A stretch of 64,000 bases of DNA from an uncultured Alphaproteobacteria bacterium (GCA_963830205.1 CAWHLP010000009.1:28072-92071), one strand, 5' to 3'; counted from the first letter of the stretch, positions 1 through 13,770 are shown. The notes: generated from the sequence alone by a model not told the origin. A program made the numbers and translations.

Positions 1-96
1 ATTGGCAAATGCGGGGTACGGCAGGGCGACGAGGGCGAGCAGTGCAAAGAGCGCAGCGGCGGCTCCGCCGTGCCGAATTCTGGCCTTGACGGTCAT
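1..96 (-). CDS. 5' end (32 codons) of a secreted/periplasmic protein that runs off the window edge
   Basis: Reverse-strand ATG at 94-96 preceded by GGAAG. Reads MTVKARIRHGGAAAALFALLALVALPYPAFAN: charged n-region, hydrophobic core, AFA-type cleavage motif. Mature protein not visible. Confidence 0.4.
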   Translation of the reverse strand, partial: MTVKARIRHGGAAAALFALLALVALPYPAFAN

Positions 97-363
97 GGAA
101 ACACTTCCGTTCGGTTGATCGGGATTTCTTTCGACTGCCTCAATGCGGCAGCCAGAAGGCGACGCTCAGCTCCGGTTTGCGCCGTTGACATCGATTATCC
201 CCCCTCTTATCTGTCTCCACGCTTGGCGTCCAGAACGCTTTAAATCCTTAGGCGGTGACGGCGGTATCCCATACCGGCGTTCGTCGCAGGGACAGCGATG
301 TCGGCAGCTAGCGCCGGCGCCATGCCCCGGCTGGGACACCTGAAGCTCAAGGATTTCATCATC

Positions 364-3120
<2,757 letters not shown>

Positions 3121-3265
3121 CGACGGGACCCTCTGAGGACTGTGTGCGTGTCCCGGGCGCTGCCTGGGCCGCATGAAGCGGATTGACCGCGGATCTGCGG
3201 CGCACCGCTGCGCGCTGCACCGCGTCCGGGGAACCTCACGCGCGATCGCTGCCTTGGAGAATGGC

Positions 3266-4582
3266 TCAGCCTGACGGTTGGGCACTGGCATCCGTGCCGG
3301 TGCCGTCGTCGCCCGGCCACAGGAACTTCTTCTTGACGAACTTGCCGACCGGCTGGATCGCCGGGGTCAAGTCGGGCGTGATCTTGGCGTCCGCGCCGCC
3401 GCCGGCCGTCATCGCCGGCGCCGCGGCAGGCTGCTGAACGACAGCCGGAGCCGCAATTACCGCAGCCGCCTTCTTGGGGGCCGCCGGCTTCGCGACCATC
3501 GCCGGAGCCACCGAGGCCACCGCCGGAGCGGGGCGTGGCGTCGGCACCGCTGCCTTGGGCGGCGCTACCGATAACTCGGCCTTGGGCGGCACGACCGGCG
3601 TGGCCGGCCCGGTTGCGGCAGGAGGCCGGGCCCCACCGCTCAGCATCCTCTGCAGGAACGACGGGTTGGCCGCGCGCTGGGCAGCCGCCTGCTGGCGGGC
3701 CGCATCCTGCTCGTCCTTCTGCTCGAGCATGGCGACGGCCTGGGCGAACTTGGCGTCGTCCTCGGCCTCCTTGCGCTGGAGCGCGTCGGCAAGCTCGGGC
3801 AGCACGGTATAGGACGGGCAAGCCCCCGACGGGTTGAAGCTGGCATTGCCCGCATCGGCGTTGAACACGTAGTGCCGGTCGCAGACATCGACCTTGGGCG
3901 GGACGTGCATCAGCTCGAAGGAATCGTAGCCGACCTTGAGCATGCGCCAGAAATCCATGTTGGGATCGTCGTGATGCCTGGCGAGGTTGGTCGGGGTCAT
4001 GCGGAACGGGAAGGCCTGGATCTCGAAGGCCCGCTGGCCGCCGCGGAAGGCGTCGCGCGCCAGACGGAAGATCTCGCCGGCGTCCTGGTCGCTCATCGAG
4101 TAGCAGCCCGACGACGAACAGGCGCCGTGCACCATCAGGTTGGAGCCGGTGCGCCCGAGCGAGCGGTCATAGGCGTTGGGATAGCCGATGTTGAAGGACA
4201 GGTAGTAGTTCGACTTGGGGTTCATCTGCGCCGGCGTGACCGTGTAGAAGCCCTCAGGCGCCTGGCGGTCGCCCTCGACCTTCTTCGGCCCCAACGCCCC
4301 CGACCACCGGCAGATGGAATAGGTCTTGAGCAGGCCGAAGCGGCCGTCGTCCTGCTGCTTCCAGATCTCCATCTGCGATTCTTCCTTGAAGATGCGGATG
4401 AAGATCGGCGCCGTGTCCTTCATGGCAAGCTGGCGCATCTTGGCGGTGAGCATGCCCGACACCGGGCGGTCTTCCTTGGGGAGATCGGAGTAGTTGCAGC
4501 CGGCCAGCGCCACGAGCGCCACCGAGAGCAGCGCCAGCGCAGGCAGCACTCTCCCCAAGCCTGGTCGAATCGCCATCAGCAC
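3266..4582 (-). CDS. L,D-transpeptidase (YkuD-like) family lipoprotein with Ala/Pro-rich C-terminal tail
   Basis: Lipobox LVALAGC near the N-terminus. Catalytic-type motif MVHGACSSSGCYSMSD (His...Ser-x-Gly-Cys). Long A/P/K-rich low-complexity C-terminus. Confidence 0.75.
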   Translation of the reverse strand: MLMAIRPGLGRVLPALALLSVALVALAGCNYSDLPKEDRPVSGMLTAKMRQLAMKDTAPIFIRIFKEESQMEIWKQQDDGRFGLLKTYSICRWSGALGPKKVEGDRQAPEGFYTVTPAQMNPKSNYYLSFNIGYPNAYDRSLGRTGSNLMVHGACSSSGCYSMSDQDAGEIFRLARDAFRGGQRAFEIQAFPFRMTPTNLARHHDDPNMDFWRMLKVGYDSFELMHVPPKVDVCDRHYVFNADAGNASFNPSGACPSYTVLPELADALQRKEAEDDAKFAQAVAMLEQKDEQDAARQQAAAQRAANPSFLQRMLSGGARPPAATGPATPVVPPKAELSVAPPKAAVPTPRPAPAVASVAPAMVAKPAAPKKAAAVIAAPAVVQQPAAAPAMTAGGGADAKITPDLTPAIQPVGKFVKKKFLWPGDDGTGTDASAQPSG

Positions 4583-4736
4583 CCCTTCCGGCTTCCCCAG
4601 CTCGCCGTCGGCAGAAGCGGAGATTCTCGTAATCCTGTCAAGATTGACGAGATGTTAACCGCCCGCGCCCGCGCTCACATTCATGCGAGCGCCGGCAGCA
4701 GTTTCCCGCCGCCGTGTGGCACAGAAAAGGCAGGCT

Positions 4737-5690
4737 CTAGAGGTTGCGTCCGATCGCCAGGAACTTCTCGCGCCGCTGCCGGCGGACCTCCTCCGGCGGC
4801 AGGTTGCCGAGCGAATCGAGCACCTCGGCGATGGCTTCGCCGGTCGCCTTGATGATCGTTTCCGGCTCGCGGTGAGCGCCGCCGATCGGCTCCGGGACGA
4901 TGCGGTCGATGACGCCGAACTTGAGCAGGTCCTCGGCCGTGATCCGCATGCCCGTGGCGGCGTCCTGCGCGCGGCTGGAATCGTGCCAGAGGATCGAGGC
5001 GGCGCCCTCCGGCGAGATCACCGTGTAGATCGAGTGCTCCAGCATCAGCACCTTGTTGGCGGTGGCAATCGAGATGGCGCCGCCCGAGCCGCCCTCGCCG
5101 ATGACCACGGCGACATTGGGCACGCCGAGGTTGACGCAGGCCTCCGTCGAGCGGGCGATGGCCTCGGCCTGGCCGCGCTCCTCGGCACCCAGCCCCGGAT
5201 AGGCGCCGGCGGTATCGACCAGCGCGATCACCGGCAGGCCGAAGCGGTCGGCCAGGTCCATGATGCGCACGGCCTTGCGATAGCCCTCCGGCCGCGCCAT
5301 GCCGAAATTGTGCTTGAGCCGGCTCTCGGTGTCGTTGCCCTTCTCATGGCCGATCAGCGCCACCCGCTTGCCGCGGAAGAAGCCGATGCCGGCGACGATC
5401 GCCGCGTCCTCGCCGAACTTGCGGTCGCCGGCCAGCGGCGTGAAGTCCTCGATCAGCAGGCGGGCATAATCGCTGGTGTGCGGCCGTTCCGGATGGCGGG
5501 CGACCTGGGTCTTCTGCCAGGGGGAAAGCTTGCCGTAGATCTCCGCCAGCGCCTGCGCCGCCTTGGCCTCCAGCCGGGCGATCTCCTCGCCGATGGCGAC
5601 CGCATCGCCTTCCTTTTCGAGCGCGCGCAGTTCCTGGACCTTGCCCTGAAGGTCGGCGACCGGTTTCTCGAAATCGAGGTAGCTGCGCAT
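4737..5690 (-). CDS. accA: Acetyl-CoA carboxylase carboxyltransferase alpha subunit
   Basis: 317 aa. MRSYLDFEKPVADLQGKV..., HPERPHTSDY, GHEKGNDTESRLKHNFGM, VIGEGGSGGA are typical AccA strings. Confidence 0.95.
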   Translation of the reverse strand: MRSYLDFEKPVADLQGKVQELRALEKEGDAVAIGEEIARLEAKAAQALAEIYGKLSPWQKTQVARHPERPHTSDYARLLIEDFTPLAGDRKFGEDAAIVAGIGFFRGKRVALIGHEKGNDTESRLKHNFGMARPEGYRKAVRIMDLADRFGLPVIALVDTAGAYPGLGAEERGQAEAIARSTEACVNLGVPNVAVVIGEGGSGGAISIATANKVLMLEHSIYTVISPEGAASILWHDSSRAQDAATGMRITAEDLLKFGVIDRIVPEPIGGAHREPETIIKATGEAIAEVLDSLGNLPPEEVRRQRREKFLAIGRNL

Positions 5691-5874
5691 CGCGTCTCGC
5701 GAGGAATGGAAGTCTCTGCTCCGCGGGCGTCCCGCCGGCGAAAAGCGGCGGCAAACTGACGGGAGCGTGGCGCCAAGTCAAGCAATGCCACCGCCAGCAC
5801 GCTAGTCCCGTCCGGTTACCGGTCCGTTCCGGGCCACCGGCCGCAGGCCCGCACGGCGTCGCGCCTCATGCGGG

Positions 5875-6828
5875 TTAAACCTTTTTCGCGCCCGCCAATG
5901 GGTGGTGCTCGCTGACCAGGGTCCGCAGCCGCTCTTCCAGGACGTGGGTGTAGATCTGGGTGGTGGAGATGTCGGCATGGCCGAGGAGCTGCTGCACGAC
6001 CCTGAGGTCGGCGCCGTGTTGCAGCAGGTGGCTGGCGAAGGCATGGCGCACCACATGCGGCGATATCTTCGCCGCCGGGATGCCGACCCTGACGGCCAAG
6101 TCCTTGAGATCACGGGCAAAAGCCTGCCGGGTCAGGTGCCCACTGTCGCCGAATGAGGGGAACAGCCAGGGGCTGCCGGCAACGCCGGAGGCCGCCCGTG
6201 CCGCGAGGTAGTTGGCAACCGCATCGCGCGCCTTGTCGGTCAGCGGCACAATGCGCTCATGCCCGCCCTTGCCGCGCACGGTGAACATGCGCTGGTCGCG
6301 ACGCATCACCGCAGCCTTGAGCGAGACCAGCTCCGACACTCTGAGACCGGTCGCGTAGAGCATCTCGACCAGGGCATGGAGGCGGAGCGCTCGCAAGTGT
6401 GCCGCCTCGCTCCCCTCTCCGTGCGTCTCCTCGCCCGCCCGCTCGATCAGGCGCGTGACCTCGTCCTCGCTCAGCACCGATGGCAGCCGGGCCGGGCGGC
6501 GCGGCCCCTCGATGATGCCGGTCGGGTCGTCGCCGCGCACGCCTTCGCTGACCAGGAAACGATGCAGCTGCCTGAGCGCCGAAAGCCTGCGGGCGGCCGA
6601 GGTTGCTGCAAATCCGCGCAGGTCTAGGTCGGCGAGATAGGCGCGCACCTGCTCCGCCCCGGCGCGCGCGAAGCCGCTGCCGTGGGCAGAGAGGAAGCGG
6701 CCGTAGTCCTCAAGATCACGGCGGTAGGAGGCAAGCGTATTCAACGCCGCGCCGCGCTCCGCGCTCATCATCTCGAGGAAGGCTTCGATGTGATGGCCGC
6801 CGGCGGCGGCCTTTGCCCCGCTTGCCAC
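5875..6828 (-). CDS. xerD: Site-specific tyrosine recombinase XerD
   Basis: [31 protein letters not shown]-terminal SAM-like domain. C-terminal [39 protein letters not shown] catalytic region. Start placed at in-frame GTG 6828; the ORF-track start 6939 adds an Arg-rich extension that looks spurious. Confidence 0.9.
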   Translation of the reverse strand: MASGAKAAAGGHHIEAFLEMMSAERGAALNTLASYRRDLEDYGRFLSAHGSGFARAGAEQVRAYLADLDLRGFAATSAARRLSALRQLHRFLVSEGVRGDDPTGIIEGPRRPARLPSVLSEDEVTRLIERAGEETHGEGSEAAHLRALRLHALVEMLYATGLRVSELVSLKAAVMRRDQRMFTVRGKGGHERIVPLTDKARDAVANYLAARAASGVAGSPWLFPSFGDSGHLTRQAFARDLKDLAVRVGIPAAKISPHVVRHAFASHLLQHGADLRVVQQLLGHADISTTQIYTHVLEERLRTLVSEHHPLAGAKKV

Positions 6829-6838
6829 GGCGGCTCGC

Positions 6839-7048
6839 TTATGGCTGCGCCGCCGGCACTGCCGGCTGCGCATCGGCCTGCGGCGCCTGCGGCTGCTGCG
6901 GCTCCTGCACCTGCAGCCGCTCAGTCGGGATGCGCACACTCATCTGGCGCGTGTGCGGCCCGACGAACAGAGCGAGGTAGATCATCCCGGCACCGCCGAG
7001 TATGCCCAGGATCACGAGCACGATGAGGAAACGGAAAAGGCTCGGCAT
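6839..7048 (-). CDS. Small single-pass membrane protein (hypothetical)
   Basis: Internal ATG gives [29 protein letters not shown] (one clear TM helix) followed by a Q/P/A-rich tail. Stops 11 nt before the xerD start. No family recognised. Confidence 0.4.
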   Translation of the reverse strand: MPSLFRFLIVLVILGILGGAGMIYLALFVGPHTRQMSVRIPTERLQVQEPQQPQAPQADAQPAVPAAQP

Positions 7049-7250
7049 GTGAAGTCCCGGTCGGCCGCTCGCCGCGAATCGGAGCGGCGGACGCGAAACG
7101 CGCCCGTGCACCCCTCGCGGTATTCTGGACAATCGCGCCGCGAAGGCAAGTCATTGGCCGGATTAGCGTCGCCTGCCCGATCGCCGCCTTGACAGAGCCC
7201 CCCGAAACCGGCTCTTTCCTCGCCCGCGAAGGGTACATTGCGAGGGAGCT

Positions 7251-7853
7251 GTGGCGAAGGCCGAACTGGCACGCGACCATACGGAACCGCTGGAAACCAG
7301 GGTCTCGCGCCTGCTGGCCGGGCGGACGCTGGTCATGGTCGGGATGATGGGGGCCGGCAAATCGTCGATCGGCCGGCGGCTCGCCAACCGTCTGGGCATG
7401 GCCTTCGTCGACGCCGACGCCGAGATCGAGCTCGCCGCCAACGCCACCATTCCGGAAATTTTCGAGCAGCACGGCGAAGCCTATTTCCGCGACGGCGAGC
7501 GCCGCGTCATCCAACGCCTGCTCGACGGCCGCCCCAAGGTGCTGGCCACCGGCGGCGGCGCCTTCATCCAGCCCGATACCCGCGCCGCCATCCAGGCGGC
7601 CGGCATTTCGATCTGGCTCAAGGCCGACCGCGACCTGCTGCTGTCGCGGGTGCGGCGGCGCAACAACCGGCCGCTGCTCAAGGTCGAGGATCCCGCCGCC
7701 GCCATCGACCGGCTCATCGAGGAGCGCTATCCCGTCTACGCCAAGGCCGACGTCCAGGTGCAGTCGCGCGACGTCGCCCACGATGTCGTCATTGACGCCA
7801 TTCTCGAAGCCCTTGCCGACTATCTCAGCCGGGAGGCGGTGGCGGAGGCCTGA
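7251..7853 (+). CDS. aroK: Shikimate kinase
   Basis: GTG start after GAGGGAG. MVGMMGAGKSSIGRRLA P-loop, DADAEIE, GGGAF motifs. Immediately upstream of aroB. Confidence 0.93.
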   Translation: MAKAELARDHTEPLETRVSRLLAGRTLVMVGMMGAGKSSIGRRLANRLGMAFVDADAEIELAANATIPEIFEQHGEAYFRDGERRVIQRLLDGRPKVLATGGGAFIQPDTRAAIQAAGISIWLKADRDLLLSRVRRRNNRPLLKVEDPAAAIDRLIEERYPVYAKADVQVQSRDVAHDVVIDAILEALADYLSREAVAEA

Positions 7854-7856
7854 GCG

Positions 7857-8981
7857 ATGGAGACCAGCGCTGCCCCGACGGTGGTGACCGTCGATCTCGG
7901 ACCACGGTCCTACGACATCCTCATCGGCCGCGGCGTCCTCGAAAGCGCCGGGGCGGAGCTTGCCCGGCGCATGCCCGGCCGGCGCGTCGCCGTGGTCACC
8001 GACGAGACCGTCGCGCGCTATCACCTCAACACCCTGTCCGAGAGCCTCAAGGCCGCCGACGTCGATTTCACCGCCATCACCGTGCCGCCGGGAGAGAAGT
8101 CGAAGAGCTTCGAAAGGCTGGCGACCGTGGTCGACGGCATCTTGAGCGCGCGCATCGAGCGCTCCGACCTGGTGGTCGCCTTCGGCGGCGGCGTGGTCGG
8201 CGACCTCGCCGGCTTTGCCGCATCGATCGTGCGCCGCGGCGTGCGCGTCGTGCAGATCCCCACCACCCTGCTGGCCCAGGTCGATTCCTCGGTCGGCGGC
8301 AAGACCGGCATCAACACCGGCCGCGGCAAGAACCTGGTCGGCGCCTTCCACCAGCCGAGCCTGGTGCTGGCCGACGCCGCCGTGCTCGATTCGCTTACCC
8401 CGCGCATCTTCAACGCCGGCTATGCCGAAATCGCCAAATACGCCCTCCTCGGCGATGCCGACTTCTTCGCCTGGCTGGAGGAGAACTGGCGCGCCATTCT
8501 CGCCGGCTGGCCGGAGCGCGACCACGCCATCGCCGTCGCCTGCCGCGGCAAGGCCAGGACCGTCGCCGCCGACGAGCGCGAGCAGAGCGGGGCGCGCGCG
8601 CTCCTCAATCTCGGCCACACCTTCGGCCACGCGCTGGAGGCCGCCACCGGCTATTCCGACCGGCTGTTCCACGGCGAGGCAGTGTCGATCGGCACCGTTC
8701 TGGCCTTTGCCTTCTCGGCCCGGCGCGGGCTCATCTCGCCCGACGACACCAAGCGGGTCGCCGCCCACCTCGCCGCCATCGGCCTGCCCACCCGCATGGC
8801 CGACATCCCGGGCGAGCCGATGGTCGCCGAGGCGCTGATGCAGGCGATCGCCCAGGACAAGAAGGTGAGCCGCGGAAAGCTCACCTTCATCCTGGTCAAC
8901 GGCATCGGGGCCGCCTTCGTCGCCAACGACGTGCCGGCCGCCGAGGTCGCCGAATTCCTCGCGGAGCAACTGGCGACATGA
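7857..8981 (+). CDS. aroB: 3-dehydroquinate synthase
   Basis: 374 aa. GGGVVGDLAGFAAS, IPTTLLAQVDSSVGGKTGIN, LNLGHTFGHALE motifs. Confidence 0.95.
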   Translation: METSAAPTVVTVDLGPRSYDILIGRGVLESAGAELARRMPGRRVAVVTDETVARYHLNTLSESLKAADVDFTAITVPPGEKSKSFERLATVVDGILSARIERSDLVVAFGGGVVGDLAGFAASIVRRGVRVVQIPTTLLAQVDSSVGGKTGINTGRGKNLVGAFHQPSLVLADAAVLDSLTPRIFNAGYAEIAKYALLGDADFFAWLEENWRAILAGWPERDHAIAVACRGKARTVAADEREQSGARALLNLGHTFGHALEAATGYSDRLFHGEAVSIGTVLAFAFSARRGLISPDDTKRVAAHLAAIGLPTRMADIPGEPMVAEALMQAIAQDKKVSRGKLTFILVNGIGAAFVANDVPAAEVAEFLAEQLAT

Positions 8982-10301
8982 GCACGCTGCTCTGGGCGAT
9001 GGCCTTGGCCGTTCCCCTTCTGGTGGTGCTGTCGGCTTTCTTCTCAGGCTCCGAGACCGCACTCACCGCCGCTTCGCGAGCGCGCATGCTGGCGCTGGAG
9101 AAATCCGGCGACCGGCGCGCCGGCATCGTCGGCCGGCTGATCCAGGAGCGCGAGCGCCTGATCGGCGCGCTGCTGCTCGGCAACAACCTGGTCAACATCC
9201 TCGCCTCGGCGCTGGCGACCAGCCTGTTCCTCGAGCTCTTCGGCCAGGCCGGCGTGGTCTACGCTACCCTGGCGATGACCTTCTTGGTGCTGGTCTTCGG
9301 CGAGGTGCTGCCCAAGACGCTGGCGATCGGCGATCCCGACCGGGTGTCGCGCGCCATCGCCCCGATCGGTCTCGGTCATCGTGGCGGTGTTCTCGCCGGT
9401 CGTCATCGCCGTCCAGTTCATCGTCCGCGGCGTCTTGAGGCTCGCCGGCTGGAACGCCTCGGAAGGCAAGGCCATCCTGTCGCCGGCCGAGGAGATCCGC
9501 GGCCAGGTCGACCTGTTCCACGCCGAGGGCAGCGTGGTCAAAGCCGAGCGCGACCGCCTGGGCGGACTGCTCGACCTCTCCCAGCTCGACGTCTCCGACG
9601 TCATGGTCCACCGCACCGCCATGCACACCATCGACGCCGACGAGCCGATCGACACCATCGTCGACGATATCCTCGCCAGCCCCTATACGCGCGTGCCGCT
9701 GTGGGAGGAGGAGCCGGAGAACATCATCGGCATCGTCCACGTCAAGGACCTGCTCAAGGCGCTGAAGGCGGCCGGCGGCAAGGTCGATGCCATCGACGTC
9801 CGCACGATCGCCGCCAAGCCGTGGTTCGTGCCCGACACCACCAGCGTCACCGACCAGCTCAACGCCTTCCTCAAGCGCAAGGTCCATTTCGCCCTGGTGG
9901 TCGACGAGTACGGCGAGGTGCAGGGGGTGGTGACGCTCGAGGACATCCTCGAGGAGATCGTCGGCGACATCGCCGACGAGCACGACGTTGCCGTCGAGGG
10001 CGTGCGGCCACAGCCCGACGGCTCGGTCAATGTCGAGGGCTCGGTGCCGATCCGCGACCTCAACCGCGTCATGGACTGGAGCCTGCCCGACGAGGAAGCG
10101 ACCACCATCGCGGGGCTGGTCATCCACGAGGCGCGCATCATTCCCGAGCCCGGCCAGGCCTTCACCTTCCACGGCTTCCGCTTCCAGGTGCAGCGCCGCA
10201 GCCGCAACCGCCTGACCGCGCTCAGAATCACGCCACTCAGCCGGATCAAGCCGCCGGCCGCGCCGCCCGAACCGCCGAAAGCGCCGGGCCCGGCCGCCTG
10301 A
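8978..10301 (+). pseudogene. HlyC/CorC (CNNM) family transporter, DUF21-CBS pair-CorC_HlyC, interrupted by a +1 frameshift near 9365-9372
   Basis: The DUF21 N-terminus (FFSGSETALTAASRARM...GEVLPKTLAI) is in the frame of 8978. The rest (SVIVAVFSPVVIAVQFIVRG..., CBS pair, VVDEYGEVQGVVTLEDILEEIVG, CorC C-domain) is in the frame of 9381. Removing one G from ATCGGTCTCG restores ...APIVSVIVAVFSP.... Confidence 0.85.
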
Positions 10302-10367
10302 CCATCGGATTTCGGCCGCATTCTGCGGTTGTGATCGCTTCCCTTCCTGGAGAGAGGGCGATTCCCG

Positions 10368-11510
10368 ATGCAATTCGATCTCACCATCGTCGGCGCGAGC
10401 TTCGCCGGCCTCGCGGCGGCCCGCACGGCAGCTTCCCGCGGCCTCAAGACCGCCGTCATCGACGCCAAGCCCGATGTCGGCGCGCGGGTGGCAACCAGCG
10501 GCATCCTGGTGCGCGAGGCGATCGACGAGATCGACATTCCCCACCACCTGACCCGGCGCGTGCCGGGGGTCAGGCTCTATTCGCCGAGCCTGAAGAGCGT
10601 CGATCTGTTTTCTCCGGGCTATGCCTTCTTCACCACGCGCACGCCCGATCTTCTGCGCTGGATGGCGAAGGAGGCGCGCGACGCCGGCGCCCACATCCTC
10701 ACCGCCACCCGTTTTGATGGCGCCCACCGCGATGGCGAGCTCATTCGCCTTGACGGCATCGACATCGCCACGCGCTTCCTCGTCGGCGCCGACGGAATGC
10801 GCTCGCGCGTGGCGGCGCATTTCGCGCTGTCGGCCAACCGCAACTTCCTCACCGGCCTCGAAGTCGAGCTCGAACCGAACGACGCGGTCGATCCGCGCTT
10901 CCTGCACTGCTTCGTCGATTCCCGCCTGGCCCCCGGCTACATCGCCTGGGCGGCGCCGGGGCCGGACGTGATCCAGCTCGGCCTCGCCGTACGCCACGGC
11001 GACAAGCCGGACCTCGCCCGCTTCATGGCCCACACCGAGCGTCAGTTCGGCTGGAGCCGGCTCAAGGTCGTCGGCCGGCGGAGCGGCTTGATCCCCTGCG
11101 GCGGCCCCCTTCCCCGCATCGCCGCGCCCGGCGTGCTCCTCATCGGCGATGCCGCCGGCTGGGTATCACCGGCAACCGGCGGCGGCATCCAGCTCGCCTT
11201 CCGCTACGGCCGCCGCGCCGCAGCCCTCATCGCCGATCACCTGCAATGCGGCGGTCCGGCGCCCGAGATCGCGCTTTCCCGCGAGATTCCGCGTTTCCGC
11301 GCCAAATCGGCCCTCCGCCATGCCCTCGACCTGGCGCCCGCCAACGCCCTGATCAATCTGGCGCTTGCCACGACGCCGGCCCGGCGCTTTGCCGAGAAGC
11401 TCTATTTCCACAGCCGCAACGTGACCGGGGTCGACCGCGCCGCCTATCTGCGCTGGCTGGAGAACGAGATGCGCCCTGCCGGCGGCAGCACGCCGCTGCT
11501 GCAGGGCTAG
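10368..11510 (+). CDS. FAD-dependent oxidoreductase (geranylgeranyl-reductase-like family)
   Basis: N-terminal dinucleotide fold FDLTIVGASFAGLAAARTAASRGLKTAVIDAK. GDAAGWVSPATGGGI motif near the C-terminus. Confidence 0.8.
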   Translation: MQFDLTIVGASFAGLAAARTAASRGLKTAVIDAKPDVGARVATSGILVREAIDEIDIPHHLTRRVPGVRLYSPSLKSVDLFSPGYAFFTTRTPDLLRWMAKEARDAGAHILTATRFDGAHRDGELIRLDGIDIATRFLVGADGMRSRVAAHFALSANRNFLTGLEVELEPNDAVDPRFLHCFVDSRLAPGYIAWAAPGPDVIQLGLAVRHGDKPDLARFMAHTERQFGWSRLKVVGRRSGLIPCGGPLPRIAAPGVLLIGDAAGWVSPATGGGIQLAFRYGRRAAALIADHLQCGGPAPEIALSREIPRFRAKSALRHALDLAPANALINLALATTPARRFAEKLYFHSRNVTGVDRAAYLRWLENEMRPAGGSTPLLQG

Positions 11511-11776
11511 TTCGCCGCTGTCGCCCTGGCCTCGATGGCCAGCGCATGGACGTCGCTGCCGAGTTCCTCGGCCAGCGCCTCGTTGATCATGCGGTGGGTC
11601 TGAACCCGGCTCTTTCCGGCAAACGCCGCCGCCGTGATGCGCACGCGGAAATGGGTGTTCCCCTCCGGCCGATGGGCGTGATGGCCCTTGTGCCGATGGG
11701 ATTCGTCCACCACCTCCAGGGCGTCCGGGTGAAAAGCCTCGGTTAACTTGGACCTGATTCTATCCGCCACTGTCAT
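11507..11776 (-). CDS. BolA family protein
   Basis: From the internal ATG: MTVADRIRSKLTEAF...LEVVDESHRHKGH...HFRVRITAAAFAGKSRVQTHRMINEAL, a typical BolA fold signature. Confidence 0.85.
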   Translation of the reverse strand: MTVADRIRSKLTEAFHPDALEVVDESHRHKGHHAHRPEGNTHFRVRITAAAFAGKSRVQTHRMINEALAEELGSDVHALAIEARATAAN

Positions 11777-11846
11777 TGGTTTGATTCCGCCGGTTTTGGG
11801 CACCCACCGCCTTGTCGGCGTCACAGGTCGCGACCATAATCCAGCT

Positions 11847-12461
11847 ATGGATCTGAACTCCAAATATTTCGACCGCATCCGCATCGCTCCCGGCGAGGCG
11901 GAGGTCGAGGAGCCTGGCGCCGGCGCCTGCGAAGCGCCGGGCTGCGGCCGTTTGGGCGGCTATCGCGCCCCCAAGGGCCGCGGCCACGAGGGCGAGTACT
12001 TCAATTTCTGCCTCGACCACGTGCGCGAATACAATAAGTCCTACAACTACTTCGCCGGCATGGCCGATACCGAGATCGACAGTTACCAGCGCTCGGCGGC
12101 GACCGGCCACCGGCCGACCTGGACCATGGGCGTCAACCGCGCCGGCGCTGCTGAGGGGCGCGGCACGCGCTTCACCTGGTCGGCGGCCTTTGCCGATCCT
12201 TTCAGCATTTTCGGGGGCGAAGCCCGCCCCGCCGAGCCCAAGAACGAGCCGGAACGCCGCCCGCTGCGCAACCTGGAGCGCCGCTCCTTCGCCGCCCTCG
12301 ACCTCGATGGCCACGAGACCGGCAACGAGATCAAGGCCCGCTACAAGGCCCTGGTGAAGCAGCTTCACCCGGATGCCAACGGCGGTGATCGCAGCTCGGA
12401 AGACCGGCTGCGACAGATTATTCAGGCTTACCACTACCTGCGATCCGTCGGTTTTTGCTAA
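11847..12461 (+). CDS. J-domain-containing protein (DnaJ-like co-chaperone)
   Basis: C-terminal J domain [37 protein letters not shown] (HPD motif). Start set at [11 protein letters not shown]. Conserved bolA-divergent position. Confidence 0.8.
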   Translation: MDLNSKYFDRIRIAPGEAEVEEPGAGACEAPGCGRLGGYRAPKGRGHEGEYFNFCLDHVREYNKSYNYFAGMADTEIDSYQRSAATGHRPTWTMGVNRAGAAEGRGTRFTWSAAFADPFSIFGGEARPAEPKNEPERRPLRNLERRSFAALDLDGHETGNEIKARYKALVKQLHPDANGGDRSSEDRLRQIIQAYHYLRSVGFC

Positions 12462-12543
12462 GACGGCGTCGCTCCGCCGCAACCGGCGGCGGATTTCCTC
12501 AAATCTTCTTAAGCGTCCTCGCACGGCGCGACGGAGAATACCA

Positions 12544-13530
12544 ATGGCTGAAGCCGCGCTCGAACAAGCTCCCCTGCCGGACATGAGAATATCCGTGCGC
12601 CAGGTCTTCGGGATCGACACCGATCTCCAAGTGCCGGCCTATTCCGAGCCCGACGAGCATGTGCCGGATACCGATCCGGACTATCTGTTTGACCGCGAAA
12701 CCACGCTTGCGATCCTCGCCGGCTTTGCCCGCAACCGCCGCGTGCTGGTCACCGGCTATCACGGCACCGGCAAGTCGACCCACATCGAGCAGATCGCCGC
12801 CCGGCTCAATTGGCCATGCGTGCGCGTCAATCTCGACAGCCACATCAGCCGTATCGACCTGATCGGCAAGGACGCCATCGTCATCCGCGACGGCATGCAG
12901 GTGACCGAGTTCCGCGACGGCATCCTGCCATGGGCGTTGAAGAACAACATCGCGCTGTGCTTCGACGAGTACGATGCCGGCCGGCCTGACGTGATGTTCG
13001 TCATCCAGCGCGTGCTGGAAGTTTCCGGCCGCCTGACCCTGCTCGACCAGAACAAGGTCATCCGCCCGCACCCGGCCTTCCGCCTGTTCGCCACCGCCAA
13101 CACGGTCGGCCTCGGCGACACCTCCGGCCTCTATCATGGCACCCAGCAGATCAACCAGGGCCAGATGGACCGCTGGTCGATTGTCTCCACCCTCAACTAC
13201 CTGCCGCACGACAACGAGGTGAACATCGTTGCCGCCAAGGTGCCGAGCCACCGCGACGAGAAGGGCCGCGCCATCATCGCCAAGATGGTCCGCGTCGCCG
13301 ACATGACCCGCAACGCCTTCATCAACGGCGACCTGTCGACGGTGATGAGCCCGCGCACGGTGATCACCTGGGCGGAGAACGCCGACATCTTCGGCGACGT
13401 CGGCTTTGCGCTGCGCGTCACCTTCGTCAACAAGTGCGACGAGCTGGAGCGCAGCCTGGTCGCCGAGTTCTACCAGCGCTGCTTCAACGAGGAACTGCCC
13501 GAGTCGACCGCCAATGTGGTGATGACGTGA
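12544..13530 (+). CDS. cobS: Cobaltochelatase subunit CobS (MoxR-like AAA+ ATPase)
   Basis: [28 protein letters not shown]..., Walker [16 protein letters not shown], Walker [17 protein letters not shown] at 12544. Confidence 0.92.
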   Translation: MAEAALEQAPLPDMRISVRQVFGIDTDLQVPAYSEPDEHVPDTDPDYLFDRETTLAILAGFARNRRVLVTGYHGTGKSTHIEQIAARLNWPCVRVNLDSHISRIDLIGKDAIVIRDGMQVTEFRDGILPWALKNNIALCFDEYDAGRPDVMFVIQRVLEVSGRLTLLDQNKVIRPHPAFRLFATANTVGLGDTSGLYHGTQQINQGQMDRWSIVSTLNYLPHDNEVNIVAAKVPSHRDEKGRAIIAKMVRVADMTRNAFINGDLSTVMSPRTVITWAENADIFGDVGFALRVTFVNKCDELERSLVAEFYQRCFNEELPESTANVVMT

Positions 13531-13536
13531 ATGACC

Positions 13537-13770
13537 TCAGCGGGTTTCCTCAAGAGACGCAAGGCGCTTCTCGATCGCCTCCAGCCGCTCTTCGACTTCG
13601 GCAGCGGCGTAGCGCCCGAGCACGCTCTCGCCGTTGAGTGCCTGGCGGATGTCATCCATGCGCGAACTGAGGCCCGTGCAAACTTCCTTCAGTCTGGACG
13701 CGGACATTGCCCTGAATTCCTCGCGAAATTCGCGAAGAATGCGCAAGGTGTGGTTCTCCGGTTCGGCCAT
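13537..13770 (-). CDS. Small coiled-coil hypothetical protein (77 aa)
   Basis: Only the last 77 codons of ORF 13537..14907 lie outside cobT. They read MAEPENHTLRILREFREEFRAMSASRLKEV...EERLEAIEKRLASLEETR, with heptad-like charge pattern. Sits in the cobS-cobT gap. Confidence 0.4.
   Translation of the reverse strand: MAEPENHTLRILREFREEFRAMSASRLKEVCTGLSSRMDDIRQALNGESVLGRYAAAEVEERLEAIEKRLASLEETR

Noticed and set aside
6921-9062. 713-aa ORF antisense to aroK/aroB
   Set aside because: Shadow frame across two well-supported genes. No recognisable motifs.
9264-11033. 589-aa ORF antisense to the CorC transporter and FAD oxidoreductase genes
   Set aside because: Spans an intergenic gap and two real genes on the other strand. 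Composition typical of antisense GC3 frames.
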